Shown in pieces: positions 9,258-17,595 of a DNA stretch of 32,000 nt (positions within the stretch are counted from its first letter, which is position 1; each line of letters starts with the position of its first letter). The notes under the pieces are model-generated. The model ran no database searches. It was not told where the DNA came from and saw only the letters and a program-made list of their open reading frames with translations. Origin of the DNA: Cyanobacteria bacterium FACHB-502 (GTDB lineage: Bacteria; Cyanobacteriota; Cyanobacteriia; Elainellales; Elainellaceae); assembly GCA_014695325.1 (NCBI GenBank), contig JACJNZ010000093.1:21915-53914 (forward strand). Reading direction: 5' to 3'. The translations under genes and the position numbers were made by a program.

Positions 9258-9803
9258 ATGCAAACATACAAGGCAGAAACCAATGCGGAACTACTTTTCT
9301 CTTTTCCTGACGAACTTGAGTGGAGCGAACTTGATAGACAAGGTGTCAAACTACCAGTTCGAATGAAGTTTGTTGATCTCGTTATAGAAAGGGAAAAAGA
9401 TGTACTACTTGTTGAGATTAAAGATCCATCGCATTCAAAATCTCCTCATAATGAGCGAAATAGTTACTTAAAGCGATTATTAGATAACTCTATCTTGACG
9501 CAAGAATTGACACCCAAAGCTAGGGATTCATACGCCTTTTTGCATCTTATGGAACAGGATAGTAAACCATTTAAGTATGTTGTCTTAATTGGGCTTGATG
9601 CATTTGATGCAAATCATCAGAAAGCAGTTCTTACTGGATTTAAAGATCGTTTATTGGCTGATATTCGTTGTGAAGCCTACGAGGCGTGGAAACGCAAACA
9701 CATACAAGATTGCCTAGTATTGTCAGTTGATAGCTGGAATGCAATGTTTCCTGAATGGCCCATCAAAAGGCTGACTGGAACCGCTGTCTCAGGAGGCATT
9801 TAG
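9258..9803 (+). CDS. 181-aa protein of unknown family with a PD-(D/E)xK-like motif (putative small nuclease partner of the ATPase)
   Basis: The ATG lies 7 nt after the ATPase stop, with GGAG upstream, and the ORF ends 5 nt before the pglX ATG. FVDLVIEREKDVLLVEIKD gives D40...E53-x-K55 (9375-9422), with acidic residues in the N-terminal helix (E7, E11). The nuclease assignment is an inference from this motif only. Confidence 0.7.
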   Translation: MQTYKAETNAELLFSFPDELEWSELDRQGVKLPVRMKFVDLVIEREKDVLLVEIKDPSHSKSPHNERNSYLKRLLDNSILTQELTPKARDSYAFLHLMEQDSKPFKYVVLIGLDAFDANHQKAVLTGFKDRLLADIRCEAYEAWKRKHIQDCLVLSVDSWNAMFPEWPIKRLTGTAVSGGI

Positions 9804-9808
9804 GCATT

Positions 9809-12800
9809 ATGGACACCTCAAAACTCAAGAAGTTTGCTCAGTTTGCACGTCGTCGCTTGATGGAGGAGGTTGCAGCCAAGTTGAAATTGGTGCTGGCTCA
9901 AGATAGTGTGGCGCGGCGGGAGAGCGGGGAAGCTGTGCTGAAACTAGAAGAGCAGATTAAATCCCATAGCCAAGAGTGGGTAATTGAACGCATAGCCTAC
10001 ACTTGGTTCAACCGCTTCTGTGCATTGCGATTTATGGATGTGAATCGCTACACCCGTATTGGAGTAGTGTCTCCAGCAGAAGGGCAGTTTCAACCAGAAA
10101 TTTTGGCTGAGGCAAAGATGGGGCACATCGATGAAGAAATGGTGCCTCAGCCAATTCAAAAAAAGATTTTTGGTTTCTTAGATGGCTCTTTGCCTAGTCC
10201 CGATTCACAGACTGAAGCATATCGTTTGCTGGTAGTTGCCGCCTGCAATAGCTACCACAAAGCAATGCCCTACTTATTTGAGCGGATTGATGACTACACT
10301 GAATTGCTAATGCCAGATGACTTGCTTTCTGGTAATTCCATCCTGGCTTACACCCGCGAGGCGATGACGCCGGATGCCTGTGAGGATGTGGAAGTACTGG
10401 GCTGGCTGTACCAGTTCTACATCTCTGAGAAAAAAGATGCGGTGTTTACCGACCTCAAGAAGAATAAGAAGATCACTCCAGAGAATATCCCGGCAGCGAC
10501 CCAACTCTTCACGCCCCATTGGATTGTGCGCTACCTGGTGGAGAATTCGCTCGGTCGTCTGTGGCTGCTGAACCGTCCCAAGTCGCGGCTGATTGAGCAA
10601 ATGGAGTATTACATCCAGTCCGACCAGGCAGAGACAGAATTTCTGCGGATCAGCAAACCGGAAGACATCAAGATTTGCGACCCTGCTTGTGGCTCTGGGC
10701 ATATGTTGGTCTATGCATTTGACCTGCTGTACGCCATCTATGAAGAGGAAGGCTACGAGCCGTCGGAAATACCAGAAAAGATTTTGACCTATAACCTGTA
10801 TGGCATTGAGATTGATGAACGAGCTGGGACATTAGCAGCCTTTGCTTTGACGATGAAAGCAAGAGCTAAACAGCGTCGTTTCTTCCGTAAGCCGATCCAA
10901 CCAAATATTTGCATATTAGAAAGCATTCAGTTTGGTGACGGTGAACTGAAGGATTACATGGATTTTGTTGGACGGAATCTGTTTACGGCTCCCCTACTAG
11001 AAACTCTGCATCAGTTTAGAGAAGCAGACAATTTTGGGTCTTTAATTCGTCCAGAGATGACAGATGTCAAAGATATTTTGAGATTGTTAGAAGAGCAGGA
11101 TGTTGGGGGACAGTTACTGCTTTATCAAATTCATCAGAAAGTGTTGAAAGTATTGCAGCAGGCAGACTATCTTAGCCCTAAGTACCATATAGTGGTCGCT
11201 AATCCACCTTATATGGGTGGAAGGGGAATGAATGGTCGGCTTGGCGCTTGGATAAAAGATAATTATGCAGACAGTAAGTCTGATCTTTTTGCCGTATTCA
11301 TCGAGCGAAATCTGGAATTAGCACAACATCGAGGCATGGTCAGCATGATTACCATGCAAAGCTGGATGTTTTTGTCAGCTTTTGAAAAACTGCGCTTGCA
11401 CTTGCTCAATTATAAAACCATTCTATCAATGGTGCACATTGGAGCGCGGGGGTTTGACAGCATTGGAGGCGAGGTAGTGTCTACTACTGCCTTTGTATTA
11501 GAAAATGCCCATCATGAAGCTTTGAAAGGGCAATATTTGCGCCTTGTTGATGGTCAATCTGAAGCAGAAAAAGATAGCGCCCTAAAACAGGCAATCGTCA
11601 ATCCCAACTGTGGTTGGTTCTATCGTGCCTCTTCAGCAGACTTCACGAAAATTCCTGGTAGTCCGATCTCTTACTGGCTAAGTACAAGGTTTGTCGAAAT
11701 TTTTAGAAATCCAAAAGTATCTGAATATTCTATTGCTGAAAGCAGCCAATGCCTTACAGGAAACAATGACAAGTACTTGCGATTTGTTTGGGAAATCGAT
11801 CGCAATAAATTTGGATACCAAAAAAAATGGCTATCTTATGCGAAAGGTGGGCCATTTCGTAAGTGGTATGGCAATCTTAATAACGTCATTAATTGGAGTG
11901 ATGAGGCAATTGAACATTATCGGACTTCCAAAGTTCCGCGTATTATTCCTGAGTATATTTGGTATAAACCAGGAATCACATGGGGTTTCATCACAACAAC
12001 ACTACCAAGTTTTAGATTGTTGCCGGAAGCAGCAGTTTTTGACGTAGGTGGAAGTTCAATATTCTTTAAAGACGATTCTGATATCAATTATTTTCTGGGA
12101 TTGTTCAACACGAACCTAGCATTAAAAATTGTTAGTGCTTTCAATCCAACGATAAATTTTCAGCTAAAAGATATTAGGAATATACCTACACTCGATCTTA
12201 ATTCGAGTATTAGGCCGAGAGTTGAAATGATAGTTGCAAGCTGTCAAAAACTTTCCCAGCAAGATTGGGACTCTGCCGAGACTTCATGGGAATTTACGAA
12301 CTTAACGCTGCTGTCTAGAGATTTACGTCAGCCATCCATAAACGCCACATACCAAAGGCTCCGCGCCTATTGGTGGGAAATGACTCAAAAAATGCAGCAG
12401 CTTGAGGAAGAAAACAACTGCATCTTCATCGAAGCCTACGGACTTCAGGACGAACTCACACCCGACGTTCCTCTTAATGAAGTTACTATCAACTGCAACC
12501 CCCTCTATCGCTATGGCGGTGACAAAACTAAAGATGAACTAGAAGCTCTATTGCTAGCCGATACCATGCGCGAGTTCATCTCCTACGCCGTCGGCTGTAT
12601 GTTTGGTCGCTACTCCCTCGACAAACCCGGTCTTATCCTCGCCAACCAGGGCGAAACCATCGAAGACTACCTCCAGCAAATTCCTAACCCCACCTTCCCC
12701 GCTGACACCGATAATGTCATCCCCATGCTTGACGGAGACTGGTTCCCTGACGACATCTCCGAACGCTTCCGTAAGTTCCTGCGCATTACCTTCGGTGAAG

Positions 12801-13291
12801 AACACTACGAAGCCAACCTCAAATTCATTGAAAAAGCTCTAGGCAAAGACATCCGCAGGTACTTCCTGCGCGACTTCTACAACGATCACGTCCGTCGCTA
12901 CAAAAAGCGCCCGATCTACTGGCTCTTCTCCAGTCCCAAAGGCACCTTCAACGCCCTCATCTACATGCACCGCTACCGTCCTGACACCGTTAGCGTCGTG
13001 CTCAACGACTACCTGCGCGAGTTCCGCACTAAGCTGGTCGCCCACAGGAACCACCTGGAGCAGGTGAGCATCAGCACCGCTGCTTCTGCCGCAGAAAAGA
13101 CCAAAGCCTTGAAGGAAATCGAAAATCTCAGGAAGGCGATCGATGAGTTAGAGAGCTACGAGCGGGAAGTACTTTATCCTTTGGCAACAGAACGGGTAGA
13201 AATCGACTTGGACGATGGCGTTAGGATAAACTACGGCAAGTTTGGTGCAGCTCTGAAAAAAATACCGGGTCTTGAGGCAGTAGAAGATTAG
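9809..13291 (+). CDS. pglX: BREX N6-adenine DNA methyltransferase PglX (1160 aa from ATG 9809)
   Basis: The N-terminus MDTSKLKKFAQFARRRL is typical of PglX. The SAM-binding motif is ICDPACGSGHML and the catalytic motif is VVANPPYMG (NPPY at 11201-11212). AGGAGG at 9791-9796 precedes ATG 9809. The ATG at 9755 in the ORF track overlaps the upstream gene and is unlikely. Confidence 0.93.
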   Translation: MDTSKLKKFAQFARRRLMEEVAAKLKLVLAQDSVARRESGEAVLKLEEQIKSHSQEWVIERIAYTWFNRFCALRFMDVNRYTRIGVVSPAEGQFQPEILAEAKMGHIDEEMVPQPIQKKIFGFLDGSLPSPDSQTEAYRLLVVAACNSYHKAMPYLFERIDDYTELLMPDDLLSGNSILAYTREAMTPDACEDVEVLGWLYQFYISEKKDAVFTDLKKNKKITPENIPAATQLFTPHWIVRYLVENSLGRLWLLNRPKSRLIEQMEYYIQSDQAETEFLRISKPEDIKICDPACGSGHMLVYAFDLLYAIYEEEGYEPSEIPEKILTYNLYGIEIDERAGTLAAFALTMKARAKQRRFFRKPIQPNICILESIQFGDGELKDYMDFVGRNLFTAPLLETLHQFREADNFGSLIRPEMTDVKDILRLLEEQDVGGQLLLYQIHQKVLKVLQQADYLSPKYHIVVANPPYMGGRGMNGRLGAWIKDNYADSKSDLFAVFIERNLELAQHRGMVSMITMQSWMFLSAFEKLRLHLLNYKTILSMVHIGARGFDSIGGEVVSTTAFVLENAHHEALKGQYLRLVDGQSEAEKDSALKQAIVNPNCGWFYRASSADFTKIPGSPISYWLSTRFVEIFRNPKVSEYSIAESSQCLTGNNDKYLRFVWEIDRNKFGYQKKWLSYAKGGPFRKWYGNLNNVINWSDEAIEHYRTSKVPRIIPEYIWYKPGITWGFITTTLPSFRLLPEAAVFDVGGSSIFFKDDSDINYFLGLFNTNLALKIVSAFNPTINFQLKDIRNIPTLDLNSSIRPRVEMIVASCQKLSQQDWDSAETSWEFTNLTLLSRDLRQPSINATYQRLRAYWWEMTQKMQQLEEENNCIFIEAYGLQDELTPDVPLNEVTINCNPLYRYGGDKTKDELEALLLADTMREFISYAVGCMFGRYSLDKPGLILANQGETIEDYLQQIPNPTFPADTDNVIPMLDGDWFPDDISERFRKFLRITFGEEHYEANLKFIEKALGKDIRRYFLRDFYNDHVRRYKKRPIYWLFSSPKGTFNALIYMHRYRPDTVSVVLNDYLREFRTKLVAHRNHLEQVSISTAASAAEKTKALKEIENLRKAIDELESYEREVLYPLATERVEIDLDDGVRINYGKFGAALKKIPGLEAVED

Positions 13292-13293
13292 CA

Positions 13294-15087
13294 ATGGCTG
13301 GCGAATACGAAAAGGCAATCACTATTGAGAGAGCGGTTCAGCATGTGGTGAACCGTAAGTATCTGCTGCCTGCCATTCAGCGAAAATTCACCTGGAGCAG
13401 TTCGCAAATTTGCACCCTCTTTGACTCCATCATGCGGGGGTACCCCATCAACACCTTTATGTTTTGGGAAGTCAAAGACCCTGAAGTCAAAAAGAGCTTC
13501 CGTTTCTATCAGTTCTTAGAACGTTACTGTGAGCGATTTGAAGAAAATAATCCAGAATTCAGCACTACTGGGCATGGTGATTTTCATGCGGTGATTGATG
13601 GTCAGCAGCGCCTGACCTCGCTATACATCGGCTTGAAGGGCACCTACGCCTACAAACTATCCCGCAAGTGGTGGCCCAAAACGAAGGACGATAGTATTCT
13701 TCCCCCTCGCCGCCTCTATCTAAATCTAGCCAAGCCGCTAGACGAAGAAGAAAACGAGGAGATGATGGGCTATGAATTCCGCTTTCTGACAGCTTCTCAG
13801 TGGCAAGCCGACCAAGCCAAACCAGACAAATTCTGGTTTCTGGTTGGCGATATTCTGGACTGGCCCAACGCTGAAGCCGACGATGACATCCTCGATATCG
13901 TGATGGATTTTCTGGGAAAGGCAGGACAAACCGAAAATCGTTTTGCCCGCAAGACCTTGACCCGTCTCTACTTTGCGATCCGACGAGATCAGGTCATCCA
14001 CTACTACAACGAAACCAACCAGACCATCGATCATGTGTTGGATATCTTCATCCGCACCAACCACGGCGGCACCCCTCTGGCATTTTCTGACTTATTAATG
14101 TCGATCGCCATTGCTAATTGGCGGCACGACGCTCGGCAACAGATCGATGACCTGGTAGATGCAGTGCGGTTCGGCGCAGATATGGAGTTCTCGATCAATC
14201 GAGATTTCGTACTGAAGACAGCCTTGACGCTAACCGATGCTGATGTCCGATTTAAAGTGAAGAACTTCACCAACGATCAGGTGGGCAAGGTCGAGCAAGA
14301 ATGGGAAAACATTAAAGCCTGCATTCTGGCAACTTTTCGCCTCATTCGATCCTTTGGTCTCAATGATTCATCCCTACGCGCCAAAAATGCAGCGATTCCC
14401 ATTGCTTACTATCTTTACAAGAAGCATCTCTGGACAGAAATTAATAAGCCTCTAGAGAAATACACCCCTGAACGCAAGGCTATCCGGCAGTGGCTTCATA
14501 TGTCGCTCTTGAAGGGTGTGTTTGGGGGACAAGCCGATTCGGTCCTCACCAACCTCCGAAAAGTGATCAGAGACCACCTCGCTGAGCCACTCTTTCCACT
14601 GGCTCACATCGTTGAAGAATACCGTGGGAAAAGTAAGGATCTGCGGTTCGACGACGACTTCATCGATCGCCTGCTCAAAACTCAGAAAGACGACCCTGCT
14701 TGCTTCTCAATTTTGGCTTTGATTCAGCCTGATCTGAATTACAACCTGGCTTTAGACAAAGACCATCTGCATCCTGGAATCGCGTTTTCCCCTAACCGAC
14801 TGGATACGTATGAGTTTTTAACCGATGACGCAGACCTGAGAGCCTTTTACCAGAATCCAGATTACTGGAACAGCATCGTCAATCTACAACTACTAGACGC
14901 TTCCAGAAACCGTTCTAAGCTGGATGAACCATTAAAAGACTGGTTTGCGCGGCAGACGGGGCTAACTCTAACACAGTTACACATTCCGGATGGAACCAGT
15001 TTGAACTTTGAGGACTTTCAGACGTTTTTCTGGGCGCGATCGCAGCATCTGAAACAGCTCTTCCAATCTCTTGGAGAGGTGGTCTAA
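13294..15087 (+). CDS. DUF262/DUF1524 (GmrSD/BrxU-like) putative type IV modification-dependent nuclease
   Basis: N-terminal DUF262/ParB-like NTPase motifs IQRKFTWS, LFDSIMRGYPIN and IDGQQRLTSLYIGL (DGQQR at 13597-13611). The C-terminus has a His-Me/HNH-like DKDHLHPG ... NLQLLDASRNRSK. It starts 2 nt after the pglX stop, and its stop overlaps the pglZ ATG (TAATG at 15085-15089). Confidence 0.85.
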   Translation: MAGEYEKAITIERAVQHVVNRKYLLPAIQRKFTWSSSQICTLFDSIMRGYPINTFMFWEVKDPEVKKSFRFYQFLERYCERFEENNPEFSTTGHGDFHAVIDGQQRLTSLYIGLKGTYAYKLSRKWWPKTKDDSILPPRRLYLNLAKPLDEEENEEMMGYEFRFLTASQWQADQAKPDKFWFLVGDILDWPNAEADDDILDIVMDFLGKAGQTENRFARKTLTRLYFAIRRDQVIHYYNETNQTIDHVLDIFIRTNHGGTPLAFSDLLMSIAIANWRHDARQQIDDLVDAVRFGADMEFSINRDFVLKTALTLTDADVRFKVKNFTNDQVGKVEQEWENIKACILATFRLIRSFGLNDSSLRAKNAAIPIAYYLYKKHLWTEINKPLEKYTPERKAIRQWLHMSLLKGVFGGQADSVLTNLRKVIRDHLAEPLFPLAHIVEEYRGKSKDLRFDDDFIDRLLKTQKDDPACFSILALIQPDLNYNLALDKDHLHPGIAFSPNRLDTYEFLTDDADLRAFYQNPDYWNSIVNLQLLDASRNRSKLDEPLKDWFARQTGLTLTQLHIPDGTSLNFEDFQTFFWARSQHLKQLFQSLGEVV

Positions 15088-17582
15088 TGGAAAATCGGAT
15101 TGCCCAGGCCTTAACCCGATTATTTGAGCGACATCGTATTATTTTCTGGTACGACGTTAAACGAGAATTGCGAGCTGACTTTGAGGGCTTGCAATTAGCA
15201 GGTGTTGAAAAGATCGAACTGACCAACAATGAGTTTGGGGTGAAGTACCGCATTCTGCGAGAGCAGCCGGCACAGAAGTTTTTGCTTTACCGGGAAGGAT
15301 CCCAACCCGATGACCTGGACAACTGGCTGCTCGATGTCCAACTAGCCCATGGTGAATTTCGCACTGATCAAATAGGACTGTGGCTTTCTGAACTGGAATT
15401 GGGACTCGATTTTGCTGATGTGGTGCAGGCTCACGCAGAATTTTATCGAGCCATTAAGCGCAAGGATGCTCTGAAGCGGCTGCTTAAACCAGATGACACA
15501 CCCGGCATGATTCGGCTCAAGATGCTAGCTGTGTGTGCAGGCTCAGAACCCCGCATTGATTCAGTGCTAGAAAATCTTCTAGCAGAGCTATCTGACAAGC
15601 GGGATGAAAAAATTAAACTGATTCAGCGTTGCAGTCTGGATAAGTTTCTCTGGGAACAGATGAAGCGACACTATGGCTACGATTCCAAGGAACCTGGTAT
15701 CCAAGACTTCAGCATTGAGCTATTCAAGTCCTGTTATGCCATGGGAACCGATGGACAGGTTCAACTGACCAGTGATGCGATCGTCTTTTTGAAGCGTTGG
15801 AAGGACAGCCGCCAATTTGAGGAGTCCTTTGAAACTCTTTCTGAGGAGTGTGCAGAGATCCTTGGGATTGAGCATGATTTAGGCAAGCGAGACTTTCGTG
15901 AACTGCTGGAGCTAGATTACTTCCGTTTAATTGACCAAAAGATCGTCAGCGATTTGGTACGTGCGGTAGCTTCAAGAACCGTCTCTAGTGGTGATGTGAC
16001 TCTTTGGGTGCGCCAACGACGACAAGGACATTGGTATCGTGAATTTCAGCATCTATATGAAGCTGTAGATTACGCATCCCAATTTATCCATGCTCTAGAT
16101 GAAGCGAACCTGACAATGGACTCTCTAACAGACGGCATTGAGCGCTATACCCGTTCTTGGTTTCGCATAGACCAGCTTTATCGCAAGTTTGTTTACCACG
16201 TCCGAGGCTCCGGGCAGGCTTCCTTGATGGCTACATTGAGCGACCAAATTGAGAAGCTTTATTCCAATAACTACTTACTAAAGGTGAACGATCGCTGGCA
16301 GTCCTTCGTTGATGTTGTAACGAAATGGGAAGCAGCATCTATTCCCCTGCAGAAAAACTTTTTCAAGCGTTGGGTACAACCCTTTCTAGAGAAAGACAAT
16401 AAAGTCTATGTCATCATCTCCGATGCTTTCCGGTATGAGATTGGTGATGAGTTGTTAAGCCTCATTCGCCAGGAAGATCGGTATGATGCCACGCTAGAAC
16501 CTGCCCTGTCTATGCTGCCCAGCTATACTCAGCTAGGCATGGCGGCTTTGCTACCCAATACAGTATTGACCTTGGCAGACAATCAAACTGGAACTGTAGA
16601 AGTCGATGGGCAAAGCTCACAAGGCACTGCTAACCGCATCAAAATCCTTGACCGCTCCAATCCACAACGAGCAACGGCGATCAAGGCAGAAGAACTTATG
16701 GCGCTGAATCGAGAAGACTGCCGATCGCTCGTGCGTGATCATGATGTTGTTTATATCTACCACAATCGCATCGATTCTACTGGTAAGCCAGTTACAGAAG
16801 ACCGGGTATTTGATGCAGTAGAAGAAACCCTTCAAGAGTTGATTCGATTGATTAAGAAGCTGACGGGGGCTAACGCCAGTAATCTGCTAGTGACTTCTGA
16901 TCATGGTTTTATCTATCAGAATCAAGCGATTGAGGAGAGCGACTTTGCCCAGGAAGAAGCAGAAGGTAATCAAATCCTGTTTCGAGATAGGCGCTTTGTT
17001 CTTGGCAAAGGATTGAAGGAAAAAGCAAGCTTCCGTAAGTTCCAATCATCAGAACTGGCACTGAAGGGCGATATAGAAGTCTTGATCCCTAAATCCATCA
17101 ACCGATTGCGTCTTAAGGGCTCAAGTATACGGTTTGTCCACGGTGGGGCATCACTGCAAGAAGTCGTGATTCCAGTTATTCGTATTAATAAAAAGCGACA
17201 GAGCGATATTTCTACCGTAGAAGTTGAGATTATCAGAGGTTCAAATTCAGCAATCACTTCTGGACAAGTGGCTGTTACCCTTTATCAAGCACAACCCGTA
17301 ACTGACAAAGTACAGTCGAGGAACCTGCGAGCTGGCATTTATACTCAGTCTGGAGATCTAATCTCTGATTCCCACGACCTGACATTTGATTTAACTTCAG
17401 ATAATCCAAGGGAACGGGAGCTGCAAGTTCGGTTTGTGCTGACCCGCAAGGCTGATGACGCTAACGGACAAGAGGTCATTCTGCGACTCGATGAAAAGCT
17501 GACAGGCACCTCACATTACAAAGAGTACAAATCACTTCGGTATATGATGCGACGGTCATTTACCAGTGATTTTGATTTTTAG
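15087..17582 (+). CDS. pglZ: BREX alkaline-phosphatase-fold protein PglZ
   Basis: N-terminus RIIFWYDVKRELRADFE. PglZ domain motifs VYVIISDAFRYEIGDEL and LLVTSDHGF. The 831 aa size and position are typical. Confidence 0.93.
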   Translation: MENRIAQALTRLFERHRIIFWYDVKRELRADFEGLQLAGVEKIELTNNEFGVKYRILREQPAQKFLLYREGSQPDDLDNWLLDVQLAHGEFRTDQIGLWLSELELGLDFADVVQAHAEFYRAIKRKDALKRLLKPDDTPGMIRLKMLAVCAGSEPRIDSVLENLLAELSDKRDEKIKLIQRCSLDKFLWEQMKRHYGYDSKEPGIQDFSIELFKSCYAMGTDGQVQLTSDAIVFLKRWKDSRQFEESFETLSEECAEILGIEHDLGKRDFRELLELDYFRLIDQKIVSDLVRAVASRTVSSGDVTLWVRQRRQGHWYREFQHLYEAVDYASQFIHALDEANLTMDSLTDGIERYTRSWFRIDQLYRKFVYHVRGSGQASLMATLSDQIEKLYSNNYLLKVNDRWQSFVDVVTKWEAASIPLQKNFFKRWVQPFLEKDNKVYVIISDAFRYEIGDELLSLIRQEDRYDATLEPALSMLPSYTQLGMAALLPNTVLTLADNQTGTVEVDGQSSQGTANRIKILDRSNPQRATAIKAEELMALNREDCRSLVRDHDVVYIYHNRIDSTGKPVTEDRVFDAVEETLQELIRLIKKLTGANASNLLVTSDHGFIYQNQAIEESDFAQEEAEGNQILFRDRRFVLGKGLKEKASFRKFQSSELALKGDIEVLIPKSINRLRLKGSSIRFVHGGASLQEVVIPVIRINKKRQSDISTVEVEIIRGSNSAITSGQVAVTLYQAQPVTDKVQSRNLRAGIYTQSGDLISDSHDLTFDLTSDNPRERELQVRFVLTRKADDANGQEVILRLDEKLTGTSHYKEYKSLRYMMRRSFTSDFDF

Positions 17583-17595
17583 GGGCAGGTGAATC

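Noticed and set aside
9258-9803. Whether the 181-aa ORF is AriB (DUF4435/Toprim) or an HNH partner, making the pair PARIS or Septu
   Set aside because: I see no ExG...DxD Toprim pattern and no HNH/His-Me motif, and the protein is much shorter than what I recall for AriB. I therefore kept it as an unassigned PD-(D/E)xK-like protein. Only a profile search can settle this.
10307-13054. Antisense and alternative-frame ORFs inside pglX (10307-10702, 12554-12805 and 12839-13054 on the minus strand; 11691-12047 and 12603-12842 on the plus strand)
   Set aside because: They are nested in the PglX frame. The 12.5-13.1 kb ones are explained by the C-rich third-codon-position bias of that segment. They are reported only as a symptom of the compositional shift.
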